Assembly (NCBI GenBank): GCA_050230475.1
Contig: JBFLGF010000174.1
Coordinates: 1-60,361 of the forward strand
Direction of reading: 5' to 3'
Length of the DNA stretch: 60,361 bases
DNA from: Ancylonema sp.
Taxonomy: Eukaryota
Every line of letters begins with the position of its first letter. The stretch's first letter is position 1. Below the pieces are notes generated by a model. It was not told the DNA's origin. It did no database searches and worked only from the letters and a program-made list of their open reading frames with translations. The position numbers were made by a program, and so were the translations under genes. This document shows positions 13,423 to 28,732 of this stretch, piece by piece.

Positions 13423-15075
13423 GAGTGGGGGAGGGGCTGATGTATGAACGGGGAGCACAAGTCGAGGTGTGGGCCTATTCGGATTTCGGTCATGCTGGGG
13501 AGAGAGAGACATCAAGAGGACGAGGTGGGTATGTGTTTCTGAGTGCTGGGGCTGCTGTCAGCTAGCGATCATCGATGATGAAGCTACACACCCATAGTAG
13601 CTGTGAGAGTAAATACGTGGGACTAAGTGAGGCTGGAAATGAGGCTCTGTACCTCAACCATCTTCATAGTGGAATGAGGATTGGAAAGACGAGTGTTTTA
13701 TTACTTGGGGACAATGAGACTTCTCCGAAATTAGCCATGAATCTTGTATTTCGTCAGCGTGTTAAAAATCTGATCCGCCATGCCGGACAAAATTACGAAT
13801 TGGATTTAGCTAAAAATCTCGCGAGATCTAGCACACGCATACACGGAATAAAAAACAATCATCCATTGAAAATTCTTATCACCAATCACTGCATATGACT
13901 GTACGCATCTCATACGATGACGAGACGGACACGCACAACCTTAAGCCAAATATGCAAGAGGATTAATTCTGGCAACAATGTGTGCCTATATGCTTGAGGC
14001 ATACAGTATGCACAACGAACTCAAACTATTCCCTCCGCGCCACGTCCGCTTAACAAAACAATGTGAAGCGGAATGCGCATGCAAAATGACACGCGTTCGA
14101 GAGCACCCATCAGCGATGTACAACTTATTGGAGTTTCGCGGACTTCTATGCTCTTGGCCGCAATTCACGTGACGTACACTTTTCGGCTGTCTTTCACAAT
14201 TCCGAACCGGACTGGAAACTTACGCAGATTCAGATGACAACCGAAGAACCGGATTCCAACACAGCGTGCGAAACACATTCGCATTAAGTACCATTCACTT
14301 CGAGACAGGATTTAGGAGTGGTTGATTGAGTTGTGTAAAGTTGATACCGGTTTGAACGCTGCCGACATGATGACGTGAAATGTCGGAGTGGGAATTTTCA
14401 AAGTTTGTAAGGGATTAGTTGGAATGGTAGCAAGTGGCTATAAATTTATTTAATGTTGTCGATGTTGCAGGGAGGGGGATTGTGAGATATATTTTGTAAC
14501 ATAACTTGCATATTAAATGAGTGCTATGGTTATTAGGTGGCCAAAGTTGCCAATTTAGGATAACGGGAACTTTTGTCGTGTTTGGTGAAGTTTGGTTTTT
14601 TGTGTGTTGAGTGTGCGTCTATGAAATGAGTAAATGAGTTTGATGCTTATATTGAAGATAGGTTGTATTGTGACGCGTTTTATTTTAGGTTCGTAATGTT
14701 GTATCGGTGAATTGTGTCAGTGACGGCGTGGCTTGACACGGCATGCGCGTTTAAGTTTGTGTAGATTTTGTGTTCGCGATTTAGATCGATCGTTCGATGT
14801 ATAAGTCGTGTAGTTGCACTTTGAATGCAAGTTGGCATACAAGGTACAAACTTTCGCGGACTGACTTAGATTTCGCTTACCGAACCACTATAGAGACAAT
14901 TCTTCCACGGTATTTGTTTTTACTTGCTTTCAATGAAAGAAGCTTTGTCTATGTGCCGCGCATAATGTGTGTATGTTTACGAATGAGTGAATGCGCAAAT
15001 GTGTATGAGTTGAGGTAAGAGCTAAGATTTCAGAGTTTTGTTGTGTTAAGAGTTGACGCTTAAATGGCGTCCACA
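13423..15075 (+). mobile_element. Ty1/copia E 3' part: RNase H, PPT and 3' LTR (14481-15075)
   Basis: WAYSDFGHAG...SSCESKYVGLSEAGNEALYL...KHIRIKYH...ADMMT; PPT GGGAGGGGGA; LTR TGTGAG...TCCACA resembles the reverse complement of the A/D LTRs. Confidence 0.92.
13760..14261 (-). mobile_element. Solo LTR (copia B family) inserted in the RNase H of copia E
   Basis: TGTT...AACA flanked by a perfect 5-bp TSD CAGCG (13755-13759, 14262-14266); removing it restores FRQRAKHIRIKY. Confidence 0.93.
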
Positions 15076-15419
15076 GAAGGAGTCAGATTCGGAGTTTTTT
15101 TGTGCTTGAACCGTAGGGGAATAGAACATGCGATACATGCTAGAACCCTACGTCTAGAGCAATCCATGGCCTTGTTACCTCCTCCACCACCACGCGTTCC
15201 ACTTTCTTCTCCGAAGTTGCATATTGTTGCTAGTTTTGTCTAGTACGATCGGCTCACATATTTGTCATTTTTAAGGATATGTAATTTCGATATGAGCACG
15301 TTCTTGTAATGAGATGGGGTTCCCGTCGTTTTTCAATAATATACAATCCATTTTGTATAGAACCGTTTGTCATCGACACAGAGACTACTCGATCGTTTCC
15401 GGATGGCCGGTTTTCGGTA

Positions 15420-17251
15420 CAGTAAATACTCGTTACAGGCACACTCTTGGGACACCGAAAACGTGTGCCTGTAACGTGATTGTGTCTGTAACGAGGGAAT
15501 CGCGTTACAGGCACATTTGCCAGGGGCCCTGAGGCAGATGTGCCTGTAACGAGGGAATCTCAAAAAAATATCTCAGAGGTCGTGAACTTCGTCTGCCATG
15601 TCGCTGAAAAAAAACAACCATGAAATATTGTCTGATTTGCTAATTGGAGCGTGAATACTTCCAATGGTATCATATGCACTCGTATGTAGTTTGTGAGATG
15701 CGATGGTTGTCCAAGGTAATGATCGTTCACTTCAATCGTTCACTTCGTCCATCCATTCCAAGGCATATGAGGCACATCTAAAGGAACATAAAGGATTGGT
15801 ATTGTCTTATCTTTTTTTGTCGACAAGTATAGATTCGGGCATGCGAGTCGTTGACTTTAACAGTTGATAATTGTTGTCTTATTTGCTGATTGGAGTGTGA
15901 ATAATTGCTGATTGGAGTGTGAATACTTACAATAAATGGTTTCATATTCACTCGCATGTAGTTTGAGAGATGCACTGACTCTCCAAAGCAAGGGTCGTTT
16001 ACTTTGACCATCCATTTCAAGGCAAATGAGGTTCGTATAATGGCACATAAAGATTAATCGTGATGGGATGGTCTTGTCTTTGCTTTCGGGCATGCATGCC
16101 ACTATCTTTAACAAATCCAATAGATCAATTATGGACACAAAATAGTAGCCACATATTTTTCTGCCAACATTGCACGTAAAGTACTCCTACTGTGCTTAAC
16201 ATCCACTTAAATACCCACTACCGGAAAAAAACATATCGATTTCCTCTTGCTTGCGGTTCATAACACATGTTGCTTGCATTGCCAATAACTTGTTTGCCAA
16301 TTGTTGGACTTGTAACAGATCTTCATCCCTAAGACAAGCATCTTGGGCGATAAAGTTTGCAATGCCTTTCAAAGATTCCCTACATTCCACGAGAGTCATC
16401 TTGGAAGGTCCCATGTCGATACCATCATCATCACTCTCAGTGAGTTCAACATCCATCTCCTCACATCCCATGTGTTGCACATGGTCCACAATCTCTTCGT
16501 CGGTTAACAGTTCTTCCACCAACAAATAACAAGGCTCAATGTCAAAGTTGCTTTTGCATTTGTGACCCAATGTAGCGTCATGATGACATTCACCTGATCC
16601 TCCTCTCGCGGGGAGATAAACTCTTCCACATTGCAATCCTCGTCGCTCATCCCCATCGCCTGAAGTAAGTCGATTATCTCATCGACATAATCCGCAATGC
16701 GCACCCGATCACGCCTATTGCGATGACAACCACCTTGACAAACGAAGAGGCAAAAATTCCAGGATCGCTTTGTCGAACTCCTTGCTGGCAAATGGACTTA
16801 TCTTTTCTTGTGTCCACTGCGGGTTGTTGATTTTTACCTCACAGATTCTCTTCTTCTCCGTGTGAGTTGATTGTACTCGAGTCTTTTTTCTAATTCTAGG
16901 TACAGGTGCGGACCCAAACATTTCACAGACCGACGCGCATGAACGACCATTTTCGATAAAGATTCCCTTGACTAGGAAGGGAAGCTACCCGATGTTTCAA
17001 TGTGGTGCGCCGAAAAAGGACCAAAACCTCCGTGTGAAACAATTATTTCCCCCCAATAGCCTGTAACGTCAGCATATTATGTGACGTCACAATTCGTTAC
17101 AGGCACAAAATGGCTTTTTGGTGTGCCTGTAACGTGGTGTGCTAGTGCCTATAACGAAGACGTTTTGGCGGGGGAAAGTTGGTACACGCGATTTTGGTGC
17201 CTGTAACGTGATTAAGCCTATAACGAGTATGCCTGTAACGAGTATTTACTG
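15420..17251 (-). mobile_element. pogo/Tigger-like (Tc1/mariner) DNA transposon, internally deleted, non-autonomous
   Basis: Perfect 22-bp TIRs CAGTAAATACTCGTTACAGGCA with TA on both flanks; repeated subterminal GCCTGTAACG; minus-strand remnants of a CENP-B-like N-terminal HTH (EKKRICEVKINNPQWTQEKI) and a Tigger-type acidic C-terminus ending RKQEEIDMFF; no DDE domain seen. Confidence 0.9.
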
Positions 17252-17886
17252 TATTTGTTTTTTTTTTAATTTGTTTCTACGGAAAACGTGGGGAATGCCG
17301 TGCTGTGCCCAAAACTACTCTCCATGTGGCAGTAATACTGAGATACGGCTAAAATATATATATATACGCGTATAAAATACGCGTAGCACATTCTCCTGCT
17401 GCCGTGCCACTGTACAGTGTCGGCCAAGTAAGGAAGCAAGGTTACCGGCCCTCGTTACGCCTTCTTGTTGCGCCCAACAAAATATGCATCTGTGAAATGG
17501 AATGACCTGCAAAAAAAACTTTCTACGCTCAAGGACTTTGAAGTTCGTAGAATTACGCGGCCCCAGACACAGGTATCATGCTGTGCATCGGTCATTCAAA
17601 CCATTCATGTTCGTCACGCAAGTACTTTTTGTCACCTGTCTTTCACGGGTCGGCTTACTGGAAAATACCTAGAAGCATTTGTTTGCCGTCGATGTGATCT
17701 GAAACCGTACCCATACTATCTTACCGGTGTCTATGAAATCTACCAGAAAAAGGATTGTGAGCTGCTTAATACCAGCGACGACTGATTCAATAGATACCAA
17801 GACTGCTCTCGGTGAAGAATTGTCATTCAATTTGCCGCCTGTGAACACGCTCCGGTAGAGATAGTTGGAGCTTTCCACACGCAGCC

Positions 17887-18891
17887 ATGGCTTCTCCAGT
17901 GCGTTCTCCCACAAGAGCAGGCCAGCGGTCAGCACCTCGATCTCCGATGGCTTCACCCAGAGATTCAGGAACGGTTTTTGCTCGCGGTCCTCACGACCTT
18001 CATCGCACAAACAGCAATATGATCGTGGGAAAATATTTTTCGGCAGATGTCCGCGATCGTCTGACTGATGCTGGGCTGCTTGCTGAGGTGGAACGAGTGG
18101 CTAATGACTGTCAACGTGAACTGCAAACGAAGGAGACGAGCGTAGATTCCGTCTTTAAAGACAATAATAAGTTAAGGAACATTCTGCAGGATGGTCAGCA
18201 TGACCAGACCCTGTCTCTTGTAGAGACCTCAAAGCTTGATAAAGAGTTAAAAATGCTTCGTACTACAAATGATCAGTTGCGCGCGGACAAAGCCAGAATG
18301 GAAAAAGCTGTTCTAGAGGAAGGAGCTAGTTACCAGGGTAGGCTGCAACTTGCAGACCAGAAAGCATTGGAGGCAATGGAGAGGCTCACAGAGACTCAGC
18401 TAGACCTTAAAGCATGTATCGAAGCTCATCAAAGTTTGAGGGGGCAGTTTGACACAATCAGGTCCCAGCTTATAGAGGCTTTGCAACGGAACAGTCAACT
18501 GCTTCAGAAGGCTCGGGATGATGAGCAGGAAGTGGTGCGGCTGCAATCACAGTTAAGCAATCGCCAATTGAAGCTTGCAGAGGTGGAGGGTGGAGACGCG
18601 GGTATGACTTGTGCAGAGGTGAAGGATGACTCGAGAATCGTTGAGAAGGAGAGAGATGGTGCAGTGTCAATGCTTCAGCAAATGGTAAATATGCGGTTGC
18701 AAAACAGAACGTCTTACAAGGTCGCACAACTTCGGGAAGAGCTACGGAAAACGCAAGGATCTTTGATGCAAATTGTTGATATGAAGCTGGGTAGTGATTT
18801 CTTTGCCGATAACCGTTATGTTGACGAAATCGTCGGTAGTGATAGTCATGTGAATCATGGAGAATCCTTTTCAATAGAAGTGACGAAATAA
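17887..18891 (+). CDS. Intronless 334-aa ORF, predicted coiled coil, function unknown (possibly transposon-associated)
   Basis: Long open frame rich in E/Q/K/L with heptad-like spacing; no recognised motif; lies in transposon-rich sequence. Confidence 0.45.
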   Translation: MASPVRSPTRAGQRSAPRSPMASPRDSGTVFARGPHDLHRTNSNMIVGKYFSADVRDRLTDAGLLAEVERVANDCQRELQTKETSVDSVFKDNNKLRNILQDGQHDQTLSLVETSKLDKELKMLRTTNDQLRADKARMEKAVLEEGASYQGRLQLADQKALEAMERLTETQLDLKACIEAHQSLRGQFDTIRSQLIEALQRNSQLLQKARDDEQEVVRLQSQLSNRQLKLAEVEGGDAGMTCAEVKDDSRIVEKERDGAVSMLQQMVNMRLQNRTSYKVAQLREELRKTQGSLMQIVDMKLGSDFFADNRYVDEIVGSDSHVNHGESFSIEVTK

Positions 18892-21364
18892 ATTTAATGG
18901 CAGGGTCTCTATTCCCTTGAAATTCTCTTTTGACGCATGTAATTGCTGAAATTGAAGAGTATTACAGTAATTGCCTCCTTCTACTAGAGGTGCATTAGTG
19001 ATTTGAGAGAGACGGATCTTTGGCTTCTTACATCATTGTGTTTCGATAGTAATGCTAAGACTTTCTACTCGATCCGTCAATGTCTGAATGCATATATAAA
19101 TTGTACAATAGTAATGATTGTAGGAGTAGTAGTGTGAGGCCACTTGGCTTCTACTATGGCAATATTTGAGCCGGTTGGCATTGCAATTTAGTCATACATC
19201 TTCGACACATATTAAAATGTTGCTGGCCCAATTGACCATATCATAGCAAAATTGAAAAAGGAAACGAAAGTCGTCGGCTTTGTAAATGTGCTTGTCTCTT
19301 GTCTCACCACATTCTCATTTATGTTCTGACTCTAGTTGCAAAACAAGCACGCTGGATAGTGATGTGGAAATGTTCGAGGGACATGTTTTCAATCCTACTT
19401 CATCCTTTTCGATGGTGCCTTATAAAGTTCACATCTCAAGCCTTATTTATGCTGCACTTCTTGGACAACAAACAAACACCATCTGATGAGGTTATCACTA
19501 CAAACACCTCACCACGAGCTCTGATTGCTAACTCCAATGTATGTATCTGCGCAATAAATTTTGTTTGCTATTGCATGATTTGGAAATTTCTCGATTGCCA
19601 ATGATATCACAACTTTGCACGTGCAAACAACGACTGTGCATTTACAAGTTGTTTTGGGCTCTTTGCTTTCCTCTTGGCATGTACGAAATTCGACGTGTCA
19701 TATCCTTGTAGTCGAGACGAGTCAATGTTTTTGAAAAATGCAAAATGTCAACTCTGAACATCGCCTTTGTGAATTACCAACCCTATGTAGTAGATTCTAA
19801 GTCAAGTACTTTCACCCGCTCTTGTTACCAATACATATATTGTATCTTGTGTGCTTGAGGACTCATCATCTATTCCGTAAAAAGGGCCTCGACCACTGAC
19901 GCCGTCTCACACTGTGCTTAAGTGGAGTCTACATGTGCATGTAGGAACATACGCCATTTGTTTGCAAAATAAAAAATACAATAAAAACCCCTGATGTAAT
20001 GCCGTCGGGATGAGGTCAAAGTATTCTACATGTGGGGTTTTTCCTTGATACGAATGTAACGGAGAATCACTAGATTCACTAGATGGAACACTTATGTGCA
20101 TGTACTTCGAGGTGGTAGGTGGCACTCTCGTTAAGTGAGTGGCACTCACGATTGTCACACCGGTTGTTGGCTTAATGTGAGGAAGTACAACTATTGAAGT
20201 TAATTTAGGTCCTCAAATATTGAACATGGTTTTTTATTTATAGAATTACATATGAATGTTGCGCTTCTCGGGTTCAGACAACCTTTTGTTATCATATTGT
20301 TATTTTGTTATTTATTGTTATTGTTCACAATCATAATCCTTTATCAGCTTACTAAGCTCTATGTGAGTCATACCGTATTGTGCAGAAATAAAGATATAGG
20401 GTTTCTTTAACGCATTTTTACTCTGCTAATCCAACAATAGATATGGGTCAAGTGATTTTTTCATTATGCTGATCCAATATATATGAAAAATGTCCAAGTC
20501 AAAATTGTATTTATTATTCGTGTGATGCATCGTGGTAAGCTCCACCCAAAACCTAATCGGAGACTAAAGATATGGACATGAACTAGAATTTTGTCGACAA
20601 ATTAATATTTCCGACCACAAAGTCTCGAACGGGCAAGAAATACCCAATCGATTGATGGCGCACTTGAGCGTGATATGCAACTACGCACTAGGCAGAGATG
20701 GACCTAGAATTATTAAAACGTAAGTATTATCATGGTGATACATGTCAAGGTTTTTCGTCGGAAAGAGAATGAAAAAAAAAGATCCGATCCGCCCTTTTCA
20801 TAAGGGATCATTACCTTTGCAAAGTACGGTATATATGAAGTTTTGAACCTTATCTACCATTGATAATCACACTACCCATTAGTATACAATAGGACTATTG
20901 TCGTGCTATGTAACATCGTGTCTCCCTCACACGCGTATTTCTATCACTCTAACAAACATCACCGATATATGCAACTCACACGTGCGAACCATCGCTCCAC
21001 TACACACTAGTCCGCTAACACGTGTGACATGATCTAGTCAAAATCCGCATTCCCGCACAAGCGCTGGTGCGCAAGTGCGCTAAATCTCACCAGTTTGCCT
21101 ATAGGCAAGGTAGTGCCATGGTCTAGACGTACCGTGTCCGAAGCGATAGGTAGGTTGCAAAGGTTGTTGTTCCAGGCATAGATACTTAATGCAAGATCAC
21201 GCATTGAAATGCGCATTACGACTTGATTCACAACCCCAAGGTTTTCATCCTAGCCAAAGTTTATAATATCCCAAAATGGAAATGCAATGTTAGTGGTTTT
21301 TACCAAAGTAGTTGACTTCCTTGTTGCTATCATGCCAATTGGCTGGTGGCAATCTGAGGGGGTG

Positions 21365-21895
21365 TGTTAGGATGTAAGTGGTCAAATGTGCCACCTTGTA
21401 TACCTAGCATGTGCTTGTCTAGGGGCCGGGTATTGAGTTGCTTGGGCACCCGCTTAATGGACACTCGGTTGGCAATCTAGCAACCGGGGCACTAATCTTA
21501 GCCATAGCCGTTAGGACCATTTGCATGGTCCGTAGGATAACTAAGCGCCATGGCATGATTGCATCGGCTAGAATTCTTTAGATAATTGCCGGTGCCAATA
21601 CCGCACTAGCGCATTCTAGACATATCGGTGCATGATCGGTGGATGTGTGGCATAGCCGCAATCCAACTATATATTTGTGATCAGTCACACTTGTGTTCGG
21701 CGGGTTATATTCCCACCAAACATTTCATTTCAATTAATTCCGTTCTCCGATCAATCAAGTGTCTCGTGTTGTCTCCATCGTCTCATCTATCTTCACTTGT
21801 ATTAATTGGCGCGGTCGTTGTTCGAAGTCGAATCTAATACTCGTACCAACACTCTGATTGGCCCATCAAATTCACACCACGCACTCCTTACAACA
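21365..21895 (+). mobile_element. Orphan 3' LTR of an LTR retrotransposon
   Basis: PPT-like run TGAGGGGG just before TGTTAGG; ends ACAACA; internal TATATA near 21668; no TSD, as expected for a 3' LTR. Confidence 0.65.
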
Positions 21896-21908
21896 GTGAA
21901 TTGCGTCC

Positions 21909-22110
21909 TTAGTGCCGCCTATGGTGCCGTAGGTGGCGGAATAATCATACCGTTTGTAATAACTACGGCCTCAGATTCTATTTGAACCGCTAATGACAAA
22001 TACGTTCGTTTGGACACGTGTCAATTGAACCACCAATGTAAAATACCCACGCGTATGCCAAACATGAGTAAAGGACGCAAATACCCACACCCGCACCATT
22101 CCACCGTATA
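21909..22110 (-). repeat. Dispersed repeat with Helitron-like 3' end, copy 1
   Basis: Aligns with 37103-37290; minus strand ends CCGCC...GGCGG CA CTAA (hairpin plus CTRR). Confidence 0.55.
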
Positions 22111-22583
22111 GGTCCATTAACCCATTTACCCCAAAAAGTCACCATACAAGCACACGATCGATTATTGTCCGACACGTAGAATTGACCCAAAAATAATATG
22201 TCACCAAACGCGGCAGGCAGACGGTAAGCAAGTTCCGCCGAAATTCCTTCGTTCCTCCGTTCCTCCGTTCGTTCGTTACACACGTTCCGCCAGTCCCGAA
22301 GAACGCAACTTCCAAAGAAATTGCTCCAGTTATCGAACTTGTGCCAGTCAGACAATTTTGGACCATTCGATGAGCCATGTCAAATTATTTGTCACGCATA
22401 TGACATCCAGCACGTCCAACTGTCCGCCACTTGTAATTATCTCCGAAAATGCCATCCCTCCATATACGGACGTTCCACGATAAAATAGATGCCGTCGATT
22501 GATTGCGATGAGAAATTGAGCGATGCCTCTGACACCCTCGATTTGCACCGCGAAAACTTTCAACTTGTGCGTCCTCCTACTAG

Positions 22584-25603
<3,020 letters not shown>

Positions 25604-26316
25604 GGTGAATATCGTGCATTTGTTGTGCAAGCAACTAGAGACGTGGGCTTGAGAACAGAAATCGAAAGGTAGAAAAACATGTGTTGGGACATGGATTTTG
25701 TGTGCTTTTATAATTTCATTTGTATGTTTGAAATTGTAAGAAATGTGGTTGTAAAATTGTGTGGGGTTGTAAAACTGTGTGCGGTCTTGCAGTCGATGAT
25801 GATGAATGAAGGTGCTTATGGTGGAGATGTTATTTGATCGGATGTTGTTTCACAACAAAAGCTAACGCAAATACTTATGACTTGGAAAGGATCGGTGTGG
25901 TGCGAAAGATCAATGTGCTTGTCATACTTCTCTGCTTTTGCTACAAGTACAAAGGCAACGATGTACCATTGGTTTTAATATTCTAATACCCCCCTTCTTC
26001 CTCATTTATATTCTTCCCATTTTTCCTATTCTTCCTATTCTTCATACTGTTCCGAGAATAGGCTAATATTATTAGTATTATTATCATTATCATTTCTCGA
26101 TTATTAACTTTCAAATTATTTGCATGCACAAACTTTGTGCACGGGTTATCTCCTCATGCACGATGACCACACCATACACCTCCAAGTGAACAAATACTAG
26201 TAGTCACTAGCTCAAAAAAAATCGCATTTGAGAATGAGGACAGTGCCTCGTAAGGTCCCCAGTCCCTATTCCAAAAATGTATGATAACGACTTAGGCTAG
26301 CTCTCGTGGCAACTTA

Positions 26317-28674
26317 TCACCCATCTTCCTCCTCCTTCCCTTCTTCTAACGCACTGAGAGCCACTGCAACCGCCACTTCCCCCCCCACCGCCCCCAAACT
26401 CCCCATCCCGCCTTGTGTCGCCATCGCACACCGCCACATGTCGATCACCGTATTCAGTGCCCCATCCAAGAACTCCATTGGAGAAGTGGGCGTCCGTACC
26501 TTCAGTCTCACAACATATCGCCCCGTGCTCCTCCCCACCTCCCCCATCCCAGCCCCACCATCCCCCAGCTCCTGCCATCCACATTCAGGACCCCCCACTG
26601 CCTCCCTAAAACTTGGGGGCTGGGAGGAGGCTGCCCCCTTCCCACCTTCCAACCCTTCCTTTCCGGAGCCATCCCCTGCCTTGGCGTGAAGGGGGAGATG
26701 GCTATGGTCGCCTGACGCGACAGCTGTCACCCATTGGCTCACCAACTCATTTACAACCTGCAAAGTGAAAAATGGGGCAACTGAGTCAGGCGATTATCCC
26801 CATCCCCCCCCCCACCCCCCCACCTCTGGCGTTTCATGGTGGGGGCAATGGCCCGAGGGGCTGATTTCGTAATAAAGAGCTTGGGGGATGGCCCTTTTAA
26901 GCCTCTGCCCCCACAGCGGCACTACCCACGGGTCGTCTCTACCGTAGATCATGCACAAAGGGGTGGGCCCCACACTGATTCTGCACAGGTGGAGACGTCA
27001 CCCTCCCCCCCCCCCTCTTTTTAATGATTATTTGTCACTTGAGATTTAAAGCAGAGAGTTTGGAGGGCATGTATGGGTTGGGCGGGGGTGCCAAGTAAGC
27101 TTGGATTTCTATTTTGCCGGTTGCCAAACATGGCAGAAAGGAGACTGCGGCAGAAATGGAGGGGCAAAAGGGGGGGGAGGGGGGGGCTCACCTTGCCAGG
27201 TTTTGGTCGAATGAGGATTCGGCTTTGGGGGCAAAAATGATTGAGGCAAAAGCCGCGGCTGCTCCGGGATGATCCGTGGGTGCTTTGATTTCTGCCACCA
27301 GCCCCTCTTCCAGCGCCCCCTTATCCGCATACACCCACTGCAGTAACCGCCGGATGTTACCCGGGTCGCGGAGGACATCCCACCTGCACCGGATCACGCC
27401 TCCCTCGCATGTGTGACCATCGCTCATTCTCAGCAGACCCCCCCCCCCCCCTACCATCTCCTAGCGATCACCCTGGCCAGCCCCGGCACAGGCAGCTGCC
27501 CTCCCCAAGGAACCAATCGAGCGCCCCTCGGATTGATTTTAGGGTTTGGGGTGAAGGCCCAGAAGGGGGTGGCGTTCAAGAGCAGCAGACTGAGGAGCAG
27601 AGAGGGGGTGGAGGCTGCAACCGAGGCTCCGATATACCCTCCTAGAGAGTTGCCCACTACATGGACGGGGCGTTTGATGACCTGCCAGGTGGCAGGCATG
27701 CACTGGTTCAACTCCTTGATGTGATTTGGAGGTTGCTGAGCCCCAACCCCAACCCCCACCCCAACCGCAACCCCAGCCGCAACCCCAACCCAAACCCCGT
27801 CCTCACCTGCTGGATGAAAACCTGAACCTCACTTTGCCCCACGTCGGCAGAGTACACCAGACCATGAGCCCAGGGTTCAGGGGCGGGACCAAAACCCCAA
27901 TCCCACGGAGTCACTGCGGCCGCCTGAGGGGGATGAGGGAGGGGGGCGGGGTCCTCAGTGGGCCAAGATTTGCCCTGACCAATGAAGTCAAGCGCCCACA
28001 CTTGGTGGATGGCGCTGAGGGCTGCCAGCTGGCGGCGGAAGTGGAAGGAGCCAACGCCGAAGCCAGGGAGGAAGAGGAGGGCGGGGAGGGAGCTGGAAGC
28101 GAAGGAAATGGTGATTTTGGCTAAAACGAAGAATGAAATTCGATGTAAGGAAGCGAGTGTGGTCACCTGTTTTCTTCTCCGGCCACCTCATAGTGTATCC
28201 GCCATTTCTCTTTCCAATCCCAATGACCGCTTCTGATAACCGCCTCTTCCTCCTCCCTCACACCTCCCGAAGTAGCATAGGCCCGTCCTGACGTGCCACC
28301 TGGCAGGCCCACCTTCCAGAGTCAGGGGAGAGAAGTTGGAGGAGATGTTGGGGTGGGGGCGTCCTACAGCACACACCTGCCACGTGGCAGCCGGACAGTG
28401 CGCCAGCTGGACCTCGGTAGCGAATTGTAGGCAGCTTTGGAAGAAGTCGGGGAGGGCAGCGGGGTAAATGTTTTTGTGTCGCAAGCTTGGAGGTCTGAGA
28501 TGGGGGGGGGGGGTGGAGGTGCTGGACACCTGTCTGCTTCTGAGACAGGTGGCAGCGGTGGATTTGGTCGGTGCTGAGAGGTCGTCCTGAGTCTAGAATG
28601 AATCCTCGGGTGAGGCAGCCGAGTTGGGCCATGATTTCGGCTGGGAGGAGGAGGGAGGTTGGGGAGGCTGGCAT
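26317..28674 (-). CDS. PPH: Pheophytinase (alpha/beta hydrolase of chlorophyll breakdown), 7 exons, plastid transit-like N-terminus
   Basis: Exons 28674 (or 28632)-28377, 28299-28167, 28092-27807, 27681-27455, 27383-27192, 26980-26824, 26757-26317 join in frame. Motifs LFLPGFGVGSFH, DFIGQG, WGFG.PEPWA, GNSLGGY (catalytic Ser), NATPFW, YGRDDPWV, ISPSGHCPHHE match plant PPH. Confidence 0.92.
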
Positions 28675-28732
28675 TCGCGCCCGCACTTCACGCGCTGTCA
28701 GGCAAACAGCCCCCGTAATGACAGGTGGCACT

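Noticed and set aside
19000..21350. AT-richer intergenic block with short ORFs
   Set aside because: No supportable gene, RNA or element termini found by eye.
26824..26980. Suspected PPH frameshift, since this exon is absent from the ORF track
   Set aside because: Base-by-base reading shows an intact short exon (ISVGPTPLCMIYGRDDPW...HHETPE), so PPH is not a pseudogene on this evidence.
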